Of a stretch of DNA of 64,000 nt, positions 24,981 to 39,489 are shown piece after piece. Every line of letters starts with the position of its first letter. Within the stretch, counting starts at the first letter, position 1. Source of the stretch: Syncephalis fuscata S228 (Eukaryota > Fungi > Zoopagomycota); NCBI GenBank assembly GCA_025786725.1, contig JAHLTZ010000008.1, positions 1-64,000 on the forward strand. Reading direction: 5' to 3'. The notes under the pieces were generated by a model. That model ran no database searches and was not told the origin of the DNA. It saw only the letters and a list, made by a program, of their open reading frames with translations. The translations under genes were made by a program, and so were the position numbers.

Positions 24981-27385
24981 ATGAACGTGGAGCTTGCTTT
25001 GAATCTAGACAAGAATGGCGTCTATTTTGCCGGAGAGACGCTAAGCTGCGAGCTTACCTTTCGATATGCCTATCAAGCACCGGCGGCAACGTCGCCACTA
25101 TCAGCCGGTGGCATTGGCACTCTTGGCAGTAGCAGTAGCAGCTCTATTCTATCGTCGTCAGCCTCTATCCGTTCATCGTCGGCCTCAGTCCGATCCTTAA
25201 TCGAGGGCCGCTCGTCGTCGCTCGGTACTGCTATACGTGCACCTACACGTCGTTCTTCGCTGGCCTCACAAAGCGGCACGAGTAGTATTATCCAAACAGA
25301 TACTGCAAGCCATATGGGAACTATTACACCTGGCACGTCGGTGGCCACATCGCCCTCGCCATCCATTCGTGACTCTTGGGCCAGCTCTCGCTACTCGATG
25401 GACGATGCAGCAACGCTCTCGGGAAAAACCGGCCATTATAACTATAGCCAAAGCCACAGCGGGTCCCTTCATAAGCCACACGCCTCTGAAGGGTCGATTG
25501 CCGCGCCTTTATCATCGCCATGGACATCGTCAACATCGACAAGTAAGCCATAGATGTTAAATGTGTACTGATATTAATATTGACATCGCTTTTAGTGCGG
25601 CCAACAACTGCTGCCCGTCCCAATCGTCTGCGTTCTATAGCAACATCGGTAGCCACGCCTACAGTCCAGCTCTTATGGGGATTCGCTCAAGTAGTAGGCG
25701 AATACATCATTGACGATACGTTAATACGTTCGGATGCATTTGCCAGTTTAAATACACGTGGTATGTATCAGGCGGCCGGTGTTAACGGCATGGTCGGTGG
25801 ATTTGGTGGCGGCACATTAGGCATTACTGCTGCGATGAATCCGGGCAGTGGTGGCGGCAGTAGTCAATCTGCAGAAACTCACTCGACCGGTAAATTCGTC
25901 TATTTAGTGTTAATGTAATAATTTACTAATTGCATTTCAGATAACAAAGTTAGTCTGCCACTTTTTACAACACCGCCATCAATTTTCTTTACCAACTTAA
26001 CACTGGGTGCTGGACAAGAAAAAACTTGTAAGTTAGTAAATAATAACAAAATCAATGCTATTATACGTGATTACTTATAAATGGTTAGACCAATTTCAAA
26101 TAAAACTGCCCAATTCATTGCCGCCTTCTTACCGAGGTCGAACTATCCGTTTTCTATATCATCTTAATGTAGGAATTCAACTTGGTGATTCAATGCGGCC
26201 ACTGTACATTGCACGTGCACCATTCCGTGTTTTTAATCGTGTTCTTGGTATGTGGTTAATACTCATATATTGTATATAATAGAATGATGGTATCTAATAT
26301 TTTATACTGTATAGTTGACGGTGCTTGTCCCACCTACGATCTACTGACCCCTATAGCCATTAATGAGGATTTGGCCATTATTTGCGATAAAGATAACAAA
26401 GTGGCTGCAAAACAATCATTGGGATCACCTGCTACTTCACAGTGTAAGTTTATTATATATAATTTATTATTATTTATTTATTATTGTTATTATTATTAGC
26501 TAAAGGTGGTCGTAATCGGTTTTTACGTTCGGTATTTGAGGCAGCTAAACAAGAGCATAATCTTCGTAATGGACGTCAACGAGTCTTGTCAGAAGTCTAC
26601 TCAGAAGACGATGGAGATGGCTCATCGGCACGAAATGCCATGTTTCGCTACCAAGCAGCTCGAGCACGTAAGCTATTAACAACAATCAATAATTTATATA
26701 ATATTTAACCTATTTATTATAGTCAATTTCAATTTATCGATGAATGATAATCGAGTGGCCAAACTGAGTCTGGCCAAAACAACACTTCGACTAGGCGATA
26801 CATTACGCGGTGTACTTGACTTTACCAATGCCTCATTATCGTGCTATCATGTAAGTTTCTTTTACATGCATGACATTCAGCTTATCTTTGCGTAATAGGT
26901 ATCAATATCACTTGAAACGATGGAAGTATTGGCACCTGGATATGCTCGTGGTAATCCTGATCATATTAAACGGCTTTCACGACGTCGGCACGCTGAATGG
27001 CATGCTTATTGTCATCAGCTATCTCGATTGGGCTTCTCTTTGGGTATTCCGCCAGAATTATCGCCAGGATTTGAGACCAATGCTTGTAAGTAGATGATAT
27101 ACCATTACATTAGAGCAATAATACACTATAGCACTTATTAACCTGTATACTTTTATTATTTTAACAGTGAGCCTAGTATGGTCATTGCACGTTGAACTAA
27201 TCGTGGGCAAGTCAACGGCTGTCCCTCTACAGCATATAGTGAAACAAGAAGGCTCACGCATCTTCGAGGCAATGACCGAACTAAGTGCCGACACGCTTAA
27301 CTGCAGCGTTCCTCTTCAGATCTATCCTTGCCAACCCGGTGCCGTTCATGGCTACCGTACACAGCAAACATTTGTTGTCGTATAA
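24981..27385 (+). CDS. RGP1: Rgp1 family protein (Ric1-Rgp1 Rab6/Ypt6 GEF subunit), multi-exon
   Basis: N-terminal VYFAGETLSCELTF; LLWGFAQVVG; LFTTPPSIF; LPNSLPPSYRGRTIRFLYHL; IPPELSPGFET; CSVPLQIYP. Confidence 0.85.
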
Positions 27386-28355
27386 CTAATTGCCTAGTTA
27401 GTTACTACTACTAATTGGACAAGGAATAGCGGGTATAGATCACTATATGTTCTATAGCTATGGATTCATTTGTATACTATTTTAACTGCTTTTTCACTTG
27501 ACTTAATGAACAGCATCATCTCTATTTACGATAATCATTTATATTTGTACTATCTTTTTATTCATAGCATAAGAAATACAACTGGCAATAGCAATAACAT
27601 ACAATTTTAATAAACAGTCTTTTAAAATCTATACAATGTAGTAAAACGGTAAACAGATAGATGTTAGTATTTGTATATTATAATGGCATAATCACAAGCT
27701 AGGCAGATCGTCGGTTTGTTCATTACTAGCCAAGCGTATATATACATACATAGCATATATGTATACGTTGCATAGTCAGTAGGAACAATTGGCAATAAGT
27801 TATTCCGCATTAGTTGCACTCAGAACAGGTCTGAAAGTTTCTCATCATACCAAAGGCAACGAAATACACTCACTAACAACAAACAAACCGGCTACTTGCA
27901 CTAACACAACAATCATGGCTACAACAACTTACCTAGTAAAACAGTATAATAAACTAATAGTAAAAGAAGGAAAATAATGGCAAATAAAAGTAAAGGCTAC
28001 AGATAGAATGGTGCAGTAAATACTAGCATCTATTTATATTAAATGTTTTTTTCTTTTTCCTACTCTTTAATAACAGGGGATAAATTGTACAGTTTTTCTA
28101 AACTGGCATCTATTCAATTGGACATTACTATTATAGTATGAAACACGATTACACGAATAACAACAGATACACATAGGAAATATTCAACTGCACTTCACTA
28201 CATTGGTCATAGAATAAACAGATGCACACACACACACACATGTATATATATACGCGCGGACATCCACATCAGATATCATTTGCATGGTCGTCGATGCTGT
28301 TCTTGTTGCCATCTGTCACCATTGCGGCTAATGATCATATGATAACTGGACGGAT

Positions 28356-30911
28356 TCATTGAGCCTCGTCGGCAGGTGGGCGTGGATGTGGCGGTCTTCG
28401 TGTCGAACTGGACGACGAGGTACTGCTCCCTGATGGAGCACCGGTGCTTGTAGTCGTGCTAGATCCACCGGCACCTTTTTTATCAAGTAAGGATTTAAAG
28501 AATCTAGCCAATACTTCATTTTGGGAGGATGGCGATACATTGGCACCAGCGGCAGCACCAGGACCGGCACCAGCGGCGGCGGCAGCAGCAGCAGCACCAG
28601 CATTAATGCCACCAACACCATTAATGCCACCAGCAGCACCAAGAGCGGAAGCATTAGGTGTTGTTGGCGTATTGCCTCCCTATTAAATAGATAGTAATGT
28701 TGTTAATAAAATAGTATTAAATTAGCTTATTTGCCATCAATCACATTTAATAATATTGTTATCACTTACTCTAGATTGTGCCATCTGAACAAGTCGATTA
28801 AGATATTCGGATGTTGCGTGTGCCGGTGCCTCTCCATTACGGCTACTGCTATTGCTATTGGTAGGACTGACATCGGTAGCTCTAGCCTCTGTATTACGAT
28901 TAAGCATTGAACCACTGAGTAGTGGCGATGTAGCAGCACTATCACTGCTAGGTGCTGGTGGGGTAGCACCTGTAGATGTTGGCGTTGTTGGTGCCTGTGC
29001 AGGTGCATTTGTTGTAGGTACACGTCGAAGTACCTCTATATGCTTTCCAAGGAACTCTTGTTCATCCTCGGCTTCTTCAGCTTCTTTTACGACAACACTC
29101 TATTAATACGTGTAGGTATTAGTGATTAATATCGATTTAGTTATCGTCTATAATAGCTATAACTCTAGTCTAACTCACCTTGATAGCCGCGGTCATATCT
29201 CGAACCTGTCCCTGGTAGAGTGTATGTAGGCCGTTCTCTCCTTTATGTTGATCCTTTGCCTCGTCCATCTCCCAGGCATCAGCCATCTGACGACAGTCAA
29301 AACCATCGCGTAAAATCTGTATTTTGCCCCAACTGTCCCAGCCAGCCGGAATCATAATAATGTCCCGGTCTACCACCTGTGCTCGGTATGGGAAAGGAAA
29401 TCGTGCTGACATTAATGCAGTGGCATTTGTATTATTAATGCCATTAGAATACGTCAATCGATTCAATAGATAAGCACGTAGTAGCGCAAATGTCTTGGGT
29501 CGATGTGTAGATGTGTAGAAAAGACCAGCACCATCTAATTAATTTAGTAGTAATAAAGTATTAATATTTCAATTGTTTCTACTTTAATTTGTAACTTACA
29601 ATAGGAACAAATGGTACGCAGTGTTTGTTGAATAAAATCAAATTGATCCTCTTTATAATCATGTTCTTTCTCCAATACATTCATATGATCAGCCTAATTA
29701 ACATAATAATTATTATTGATCCATATCGTACAAATAGTAATCTACCTTGCAGCACACAACAATGACTGGAATGCCAAAATTGGTGGTAAGTGATCCTTCG
29801 CTCAACGGTAAAAGCACTTCATTGGCATTCGTTGTAACATTAAGTGGGAGTGTGCCATCCTCCGATGGTTCCACGTATTCTTGTAAAAATCGCTCAACTA
29901 TATTTGCATATTATTCATTAATTAGTTAATTTAATAATGTTATTGCCAATATCAATAGCAATGGCATTGTATTCACTTACGTCGTTCTTTATTCTCGTCA
30001 ACAATAACACCACCCTTGCTCCAATTAACACTGGCATCACGTCCCTCATCCCGAACAGCTTGTACACCATCGCGAATTACGGAAAACCATCGCTCGAGTG
30101 TCTCTACAAATGTCCATGGTCGTTGCCAGTCCACAGTGATCAGAATCAGTGTATCTGAGAAAGTATGTGGATTAAGTGCAAATCGGAATAATGTCGGATG
30201 CGAGGCAGATAATTGATAGAATCCAAGTCGACCCACCGTATCTTGTATACGCCAGCAGATTTGGTTATAATACACGTATTTATATTGGATAAGTTGAAAA
30301 GCTAAACAAATACCGCGAATTTACCTTCGTTCTCATCGTCTTTAACATCGGCATAGGTATAGGATAGCGCCAGCTCGCTTTTATCTTTCATAGCTGCATC
30401 ATGTGATGACGATGTGTTCATACCTAAAGTTGTTGTTCCAGTGCCAGTTGAAGTGCCGACCGATACTGAGTTTGTTCCAGGTGGCGTCAAAACTTCTTTA
30501 TGGTCACGTTTCAAGTTGTGAATAAGTGCTGACTTGCCACTGCTAGGATCGCCTATAAACAAATAAAACGTAATACTATTAATTAGCTTATCAACAGTAC
30601 TAACAACAACAACAAAATAATAATATAATAGTAATATTATTAACAGATTGGCGCATATCACAGTATAATGCATACCACGCGTACAATATCCATTATTTGT
30701 TGCTTTCACTCATCAAAGTAATTTATATAGCTTACGTACCAAGTACAAGCACATTCTTGGTGAATACCATTTTTGACGAAGCAACACTCTGCAAAATCGA
30801 CGACCATATAGTTGTGGCCCCTGTTGTTGGATCGCCATCCGCGTTCGTTAACGGTCCGGCAGCATCCATAGCGACTGCCGAAGCCTCAGCTTCCGTAATA
30901 GAAGGGGTCAT
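28356..30911 (-). CDS. Cytoplasmic dynein light intermediate chain, multi-exon
   Basis: IWSSILQSVASSK...KNVLVLGDPSSGKS, VDWQRPW, FDFIQQTLRTIC, IMIPAGWDSWGKIQILRDGFD, C-terminal NEVLARFFKSLL; TGA at 28356-28358. Confidence 0.93.
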
Positions 30912-32097
30912 GGCGACAATGGCGATATATAATAAACAAATAGGAGGAGGAAGCAATGACTTGTAAACTTGATGAGGGTAAAGCTAGATAGTAGATTGGG
31001 GCAGTGAGTGGTGTGTGTATGAGTGCGCGGGTGAATAAATTACTGGCATTTGACTGGTGCGTCACTCACAGCTATCAGTAGCGCAATACTCTGGCAACAG
31101 CCTTGAGTGCAAGCTATATCTACATTTGGTGGTTATAGTATTTATTAAATCACGTGAGTCGTTTTTTACAATAATTAATGGCAATACACTGTCGTAGTTT
31201 TAAATACTGTAACTCTACCCACAGCCATCACTTGTAGCGTTCAAGATACTGGTAGGCTGGTGGAAGAGTTATTCTTTATATTATAGACTTTAACAAAAAA
31301 GTGGCAAAAGTTATGTTAAAGTGTAATAAATGCTAATTGATTTATCTATTTTATTATACTATGTATTTAATAGTCATTAGCTAATAAAGACTAGTTGCAA
31401 ATTCTAACTATATAAAGTTTCTTTTATTAGTATTGTGTAAATAGAATATAAAGTAATATGAGACATTATGAATAAGCAACTAAATAAATACAAGTAATGC
31501 ACTTACAGTGCACATAACAACAAAGTGAGCAAACTAAGTCAAATTTATAATAGATGCAGTTTATAATTGAGAAATATATTTTACTTATAACTTCGATTAG
31601 TAAAAAATAAAAGGATATATAGTGAATGGATATATAATAGGAAAACATAAATAATAGCGCCAAAGTTATAGTGTACATGACTAACAAGGAATGAGTTGAA
31701 ATTAGTTGAAACCTACAGCAAATTCAAATAATATTAATGAGCACGACTAAATAGTATGTATTCATTATATTGTATAATGATATACATTAAAATAAATGTC
31801 TAAAAAAATTACGATAAATAAATGGCAAATATATGCGTACTGGATAAAAAATCTACAATGATGAGTATTTGATAATTAATGTCACTCATTATCCATCATC
31901 ATGTTCAATAAATTGAATGTGTAGTTCAGTTGCGCGAATATTATTAAATTTAGTCATTTGTCCCCAAACCATACTATAATGATGTTAAATGAGACACAAT
32001 ATTTTATATGATGATACAGTTTATTTGACTCAATTAACAAGTACTAAAAGTTAAAAGCTAAAAATGAAATGGTACATAGCATGTATGTATTAGCGCA

Positions 32098-32235
32098 ACG
32101 ACAACGATTGCGGAATGATATGGAATCGATTATATGGCTTCTATTAGTATTCAATTAATCTTCCTACACATAGTCAACAACGATCGGCCTTAAATGTTCC
32201 AAAAAATCAAATGATATGTTACACTATTTATTTAA
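32098..32235 (+). mobile_element. Fanzor/TnpB remnant (copy 4, short fragment)
   Basis: AACGATTGCGGAATGATATGGAATCGATTATATGGCTTCTATTAGTATTCAATTAATCTTCCTACACATAGTCAACAACGATCGGCC aligns by eye to copies 1-3. Confidence 0.7.
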
Positions 32236-32248
32236 AGGTTATGGTTGC

Positions 32249-32739
32249 ATTTTACTTTGCTCCCACATCTGTCCCCAAAGCACAATTCGTTCCAATCAAA
32301 ATCATGCCGTTATGCACAACATAGTTGTATTACTTTCTATTAAAATATTGTTAATAAATTAATTCAAATAAATAATGTAACATACTATTTGATTTCTTTA
32401 AAACATTTAAGGCCGATTATTATTGTTGTTGGCCATGTGTAGAAAGATTGATTGAATATTAATAGAAGCCATATGATCGATTTCATATCGCTCCGCAGTC
32501 GTTGCATCTACGTACAGCATGGATTATTGTGTTTGAATGGTCGGTTTTATTTTCCAATATTTTACTATTGCATTTTGGGCATATTTAATTACATTATTGT
32601 ATTGATAATTACACATGAATTAACTAATGTTGGATGCAATATTATGCATGTTATAGTGATGAATGAATGTTTAATTGTATTTAAAAGTGTTGAGGGGCAA
32701 AATGGATAAATAAAAAAATGTAAGAGTCAAAGTACAGTA
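32249..32739 (-). mobile_element. Fanzor/TnpB-remnant element with both ends and imperfect terminal inverted repeats (copy 3)
   Basis: The reverse complement aligns to copy 1 over the zinc finger/RD segment and the ~140-bp 3' tail. Left end TTTACTTTGCTCCCACATCT versus right end (rc) TGTACTTTGACTCTTACATTT. Confidence 0.75.
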
Positions 32740-33289
32740 GCTTCTTTTGTCTAATAACCAAGCTGGCGTTGATTAGTCTTTACATGGCTTTGTAGACTTA
32801 ATCGATGGCTTGGATTATTAGGTACAGTATGTAAAAATAGATATTACTAGTCATAATGATTTATATTTTTTGCTATTTATTTGTTATATAACTAGTAGGA
32901 CATCACTATATTTTTGAATATACAATGTGTCGCATTTTACGTATATTGACTTGGAAATATTATGTAGTAGTGATTTTTAAATAGCAATCCATTCAGAATA
33001 CTTTTTGGCAATATTGTCATTGCTTTACTGATGGAATATTCTATAATTATATTTGCTTTTATGCGATTAATTTTTATTCTTTGTTTATTTTATCACTTAA
33101 GCAATTCCCTCGTCGATATTTCAATTTGTTCATAGTTTTTTTATGTACAACGCCATTCGATTTGTGGATTGTATATATTACATTATTTATTAATTAAATA
33201 AAAACGGTCTTTTTACATCAAACAATTTATTAGTTATTTACTGTGATTTGGTGATTAAATGACTATTTAATAAATATTTATATATTTAA

Positions 33290-34110
33290 ACTAAGCTGTC
33301 TTTCCATTGAGTATGCTGATGGGTGGTAAATGACATCAAGTTTAAATACTTATTATTATAGATTTATTATCCAGTATGCATATATCCTTAATCGTTTATA
33401 TTATTTCTATACTATTTCATACTGCTAAATGTTATTCTACAATATACTAGACACGTTTGATTGTTTATATGCGGCAATATACTTTACTCATCCCATTCAT
33501 TGCATTATATGCACTATAACTTTAATATCGTTTTATATGCTTTCTCAAAATACATTTATCATTCTATATATCATTCTATACTCGCCTAGCCTTCCTCTAT
33601 CCAAAACTATTTTATTTTTGTTCTAGCTTTATTATTTTTAAATGTCGACTAATTCCGCTCATTGATCATGCATATATGCTCATTAACTTTAACATTGCTA
33701 ATCTCGGTCAATATTGCATATTCATTATAACGTTGATCATTTTATTATATATTGGCTATACACTGCCTATAACCGTTGTCGATATGGTTCCAACTTTTTT
33801 ATTAATAGAATTGACCCATCGCACTTAGTCTGTTCACTGAGTTATATTGATAGAACAAACAATATAAATATGAACAGAGTTATGTTTTATTAAGATTATT
33901 TATTAATAAATTAGATCATGTCAATTAGGTATGATTTAATGTTAATCAAGCAAAGTGACGGGTATACACAGTAGCAACACATACTGTGATGATATATGCA
34001 TATTGGATAATAAATCTACAATAATGAATATTTGATGATTGATGTCACTCTCCATTCATCCTCATGTTCAATAAATTGAATGTTATTAAATGTTGGTTAT
34101 TTGACCATCA
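33290..34110. repeat. Second inverted pair of the 4440-5150 repeat family
   Basis: 33290-33630 is the reverse complement of ~4655-4985 (e.g. CTTCCTCTATCC, GGCAATATACTTT, CCAGTATGCATATATCC). 33995-34110 is a forward core copy. Confidence 0.75.
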
Positions 34111-34280
34111 AAACAAAACAATATGTTGTTAGTAGATTTACTATATAATAACATGTTCATTATTATTAATTCAATATTTATAAGTGTTTATATATTTATA
34201 TTTTTTATTTAATAAAATTTTAAATAATTGGATAACTATATTGCTAGGATAGATACAGTGTTTAAATATTTACAAATAAC

Positions 34281-36464
34281 TCAAAGTTTGGCCGGAATGC
34301 GAGTATGGCCAACACGATGCCAGCCATCTTCAAATATGCCTTTCAGTCCTTGGTAGGAGTGGCCGTCGATGGCTAGTGCTCCTGCGGGCGGCTCATAGCC
34401 TGGTGTGACATCGGTGCGATTCATTGGGCTGGATTGTGCCATTGCTGCCAATGCTTCGTAGACTCGGCCGTCCCATCGACCAAGTGCACTTCCTAGACGA
34501 CGATCCGATAGATTAAATGCATCAACAAGTGCCAATGCATCCGGTCGTATTTCCTGCAGTAGCTGGCGTATAGCTGCTCTAATCAATGGTCCATGTGTCG
34601 GCTGGAGGTAGCCGGCTTCCAAATGGTCTCCTAGGTGTGTTGACAAGCAAGATAGTGCAAACAAATCACATAGACGGCTTAGTACGCTATGGATTGGCTG
34701 CGGTATATCGATCGGTGCTGCTTCTCCGGCTGATGTATGATGCTCAAGGCTAAGCTCTGGATAAAGCGCCTCTACAAAGCTGCGCACCACATACAGCTCA
34801 GCATGTGCACGGACAACTCGTTCAACATCGACATGGCACTCTGCAAATGATGCGCCTTGTTTCTGGCGTTGATATAAACACGCCAAGTGATGAGCTGCGC
34901 AGTGTTCTAAAGCATGTAAATAAAGTTTTGGATTGCGCAAATCATTTGCAATAGCAATCGAGCGGCGGTCATGTTCAGATTGTTGAGCCAGCACAGGTAA
35001 CATATAGCGCTCATCAGCGCTTGCGGTATGAGAGGCAGTTGCAATCATTTGCAAAAACTCGTAGCGTCTAAGAAGGCTACGAGCAGCTTGTTGAACCATG
35101 ACATGATTCTCGCCTTCTCCAGTGTTGAATTGTGCATATGATGCAACCAATGACGGCATGCCACTGAATTGGCTGTAGCCGTGACCACCACATGCACGAC
35201 GAAGTGTCTCGAGCGACTCAGAAGTTCTGCTAGTCATATATGGCTTCAATGCTGATGCAGAAGTATGCACTCTCGCCAAAAGTCCCGCTGCTGCACTTGA
35301 GGACAGCCGCGGTGAAATACATTGGCGGTACAGTTGCCCTAGCCTTTGGCCAGCGAAATGGAAGGCATATGCTTCACTTAGCGGAACTAGTACTCGGTGC
35401 TGCTGGCTCTGATGGTCTAGAATGGCCACTTCAGGTGCATTTCTATTTGCATCTGAATGGCTGAATTGATGACGCACCACAGAATATCGTGTAGCAATTG
35501 TACAGCCGATCGATAGGACAGAGCTAGCTTGTGATATTACGGCAACACGGCTGTTTAGCAAAGTTCCATAGACGTGCCTTTGGTCAACCTGGGCCTGACG
35601 TCGTAGCTTCCCGTCACGTGTCAATTCTACGTGACGCATTAACATATTGATCCGGGGTATGCGTACTTTTTTCAAAACTAAATAGCCGATATCAATAGAA
35701 TTGTATCCAAAGTTTGGGCCAATATCGCCTGTTTCCACTCCAGGAAGCAGTGTATGATCCTTGAATGAACGGACTTGCACCATAAATGGAAACACACCAG
35801 CATGGTGTCCATTTGGCAGGACCAATTGGGCCATGATTAAAGCCATATTGGCTGTTTTGCCCATTCCAGAAATCCACCATTTAACACTTGATAAGTTGGT
35901 GTATTAAGTTCTATTTCATCGGTGGCAGGCAGAAAAGTGGCCGTTGTTTCAATTCCACGGATATTCGATCCATGAGCCATTTCAGTTTGCGCATAGCAGC
36001 CCAGAATGGCCCAGTTCTCAGCCAATGGAACCCATAGTGCTTGTGCTCTCGGTACCTTGGCTTTTAAGCGTTTCTATAAGTGCATCGTTGTTGTTTAATA
36101 TTGGAATGCCTTCCTGTATTTCTTTATATATGGTATTAAAATTACACTGTGTCCAATTATATTTTGAACGTAGCTTTTGTAATCGCTCAATCATCTTTAG
36201 CCCCCGTAAATATAATTCTTGGTGATTAAAATGATATGCTTGTGTTTTTTCAAAAATCGGCTCTTGTTCTAGTATACGCTCGATTTTTTCAATTTGTTTT
36301 GTACGCTTAACACCTCCATTAAGTATATGAGTAAGTTCGCGCGCCGTAAATGATGCTTGAGAACGTTCACGAGCCAAACTTGGATGCTGTTGTTGCTGAT
36401 GTCTATTTCCATCGTTTATGATAGCAGTAACGACAGTAGAAGTGTTGATTAATGATATATCCAT
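34281..36464 (-). CDS. Peroxisomal acyl-CoA oxidase, copy 1 (intronless; three 1-nt deletions near 36045 and 35893 break the frame)
   Basis: [35 protein letters not shown]; PTS1 -AKL*. Deletions are visible by comparison with copy 2. Confidence 0.92.
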
Positions 36465-37312
36465 TGTTGTTAATATTAAAATAAAAGATACTTAAGTTAT
36501 AATAAACGAGTGTGTAAAATAGAGTCGTATATCAAGTTGCGACGAACAGGATTATAGTCGTACAATTATAAACTTGATTACATATAAATATTGAGACGTG
36601 AAAATAGCTTGTAGCGAATATGCATAAAATGCACTACTTTATCCACTGAGAGTGGGCTGATTTTCTCCTAGACAGTGATGATGCAAGTTAATTCACCCAC
36701 ATAGCTATGCAATTTCTTTATATGGCATACTAAACTTGTAACTGGAAAGGATATTCCTTTGATTCTCATGCAAGACAAGTATCCGATGCGTGCAATGATG
36801 TGCACCTTCGTGGGACGCCTTTGACTAACAAGTCTGCTATAACGTGGACAGCAATAGGCTAGTTATTAATGAATTAGACGAAAGGGATTGGCGATCTTTT
36901 TAATAATAAATGTTTAATGCTAATCAAACTATTCTACATTAGCGATTCTACTCTTTGTTAATTCATCAATAGCATCACTTGCAATCAAGTCCCTTTACAA
37001 TAATTAGCGAACACCATAACTTCATTTAATATTTATTGATAAAAGTTGTAGCTATTTTTGAGATGGATAAACCAGTTTAAATTTAATCATCAGCTATTAT
37101 ACATAGTTTATTTATATATTATATTTTTTGTTGTATATTACAACAATACCAAGCCTTTAGAAATTATATATAATATATATTACATATTGTATGTACTGTT
37201 TAGCTGTAATATGCTTTGTTATTCGTATGTGTTTAGTTTTAGACATTAAATACAATTATTCGAGCTAATATTTAATATTATGTATTAGTGGCCTTGGATT
37301 ATTACATTTTTG

Positions 37313-37893
37313 CTGTTTTAAAAACTAGAGACAATAACAAGTTGACTAAGTAAAATGCTAAATACCTGATTCATAACTATCCAGTGTATTGGCACAGTTT
37401 AGACAATAAAATAAACTGAAACAAATTTGGAATATAAACTAAACATTGAAAGCAAAATAAATGATGCTACTTATGTATAATAAATGTACGCGTATTTATA
37501 TTGACATGCTGAATGGATATTGGATATGAATAAGTGATAGAACTTGAACACTTTTCTTGTTCTTCTTTCTTCGCGTGGTTCCTATTAGCTCATAAGACTA
37601 GTCGTGTGAATTGAATACCAATTTAGTCCAAAAACTGCTTGTATTATTGATGATATAGAATATACTTAATAATAGCATTTGTGTTACTATATACTTGCGG
37701 TTGTTTGCATGTATGTTAATAGCATTGGACCTTATATGCTGATCAGGCCATATGATCAATATTCATGTGGTGAAATAGTTAATCACGTGATCTACAGATT
37801 ATATTATCCATTAATTTAATCACGTGACATAATTAGTAGAATTAAGAATATACTGCAATTATGGAACAGTAACAACTGCTTAAATATTATTGT
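37313..37893 (+). repeat. ~580-bp near-identical duplication (other copy 54948-55531) containing two TCACGTGA E-box palindromes
   Basis: Runs from CTGTTTTAAAAACTAGAGAC to AATATTATTGT in both places with only a few differences. TCACGTGA at 37783 and 37820. Confidence 0.93.
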
Positions 37894-39489
37894 TATTTGG
37901 TAATGATAATGGCAACAAAAAAAGATTATGTATATGTATATATTGAATTGAGGAGGTTTTATTAAATAAAAAGTGTATATAAGTTATTGAGACAGCACGA
38001 TAGTATAATAATGCCAGCACTACTATGACTTATACTGTCGCGGTATTTGACTCAATAAAAACAATATATTATAAGTTACAATGGCTAGTGTTTTATTAAA
38101 AATTGGCGATTATGTGCGTATTTATACTAAGCGTATACTATCATGTAAAAATTTACACACAATCACAACATTATTGAATAACAAAAGTGATAAGTATGGC
38201 AAGCTTAATTTTAAAGCTGTAACAGTATATTATTATTGATTTATAGATTGGCGAGAATGTATATGGTATTCATCATTACCAAGTCTTCGATCCTAGAGTT
38301 TGTCCTAGTGCAGTTTTAATGTATGCATCTAGTATAGGTTATTTTAATTATTATCATGTAATCTATTTGTAGACCAAAATTATTCTTGATTGTATAGTGT
38401 GTATTGTTAGTCGTATATTCAATTCTGAGTGTATAGTAAGATGACCTGATAGGTGCTTTCCAATATTTTTTGTATTACTCTACGACTAAACAATTGATGA
38501 CATTTATAATCTAATCCGATGTTTATTATCAAAAACTGCCTCTATGTAGCAATCAATAGTTAATACTGGCAATTAATTGCCAAAAATAATACCTGTACTA
38601 ATACTTGCTAGTACAGTGCTAAAATAAACTACTAATTTTTGTAGTTATGCTGTAATATCAAATTAAATGAAAGTGCAAACCAATCAGTACATTTAATGAT
38701 TTAAGAAATTGCAGCCCATTTATAACAGTAAATGTGCGGAACAAATATAAATTTATTGCATTAATGGTGTTGTTGAAAATGTATATAAGTATTGAGGATC
38801 GAAGTTTCAACGAAAGCAATGGCAAAGTGATTCAATGTCTTTTTTTGTGAAATTAATAAAATCAGTTTAATTGCATGATTGAATTGGGTATTGAATTGTC
38901 GATGAAAGTAACAGCAAAGACACGGCAGCATAACATCGCTATTTTCGTAGAGCTAATAAGTTAGTTTGCGTCGCATAGGCGAGCTGTATATCACAAAAAT
39001 ACAAATGATAAATGGATCTCTACCACATATGTGCAGGATTATTGCAGTAATAAACACACTAGTTTTATTTTAATTATATGTATGCATTTTATTATGCTAT
39101 CATTACACTTAATTTACATCCAGCGACTAGTAAGCATAACTAAACAAACATGTTAGCATCAAATTTGTACAAATGTGCCTTATTAGCTATTAACATGAAT
39201 TGATGTACTTCTAGGGATATTGCTACCATATATTAATATTTGGTTTACATTTTTACGTATTCAAATTACTCAATAAACTATTTATTATAACAATTTTGTA
39301 TCGCAAATAACTGGTAATTATTTGACGATTATTATACAGCTAATCAATCCCAATGTGTTTAAATTATTCTAGTTACAATTAAATATTGATTTATTTAATT
39401 ATTGGCAATGCTTGATAACATGATAATTAAACGCATTAGTAAAAACATGGTCGTTTTATTACGTAGTGTCAGTAAAAGTCAGCCATTGT

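Noticed and set aside
37900-39400. Possible decayed gene or ncRNA in the AT-rich spacer
   Set aside because: No sustained reading frame, motif or structure that I could support.
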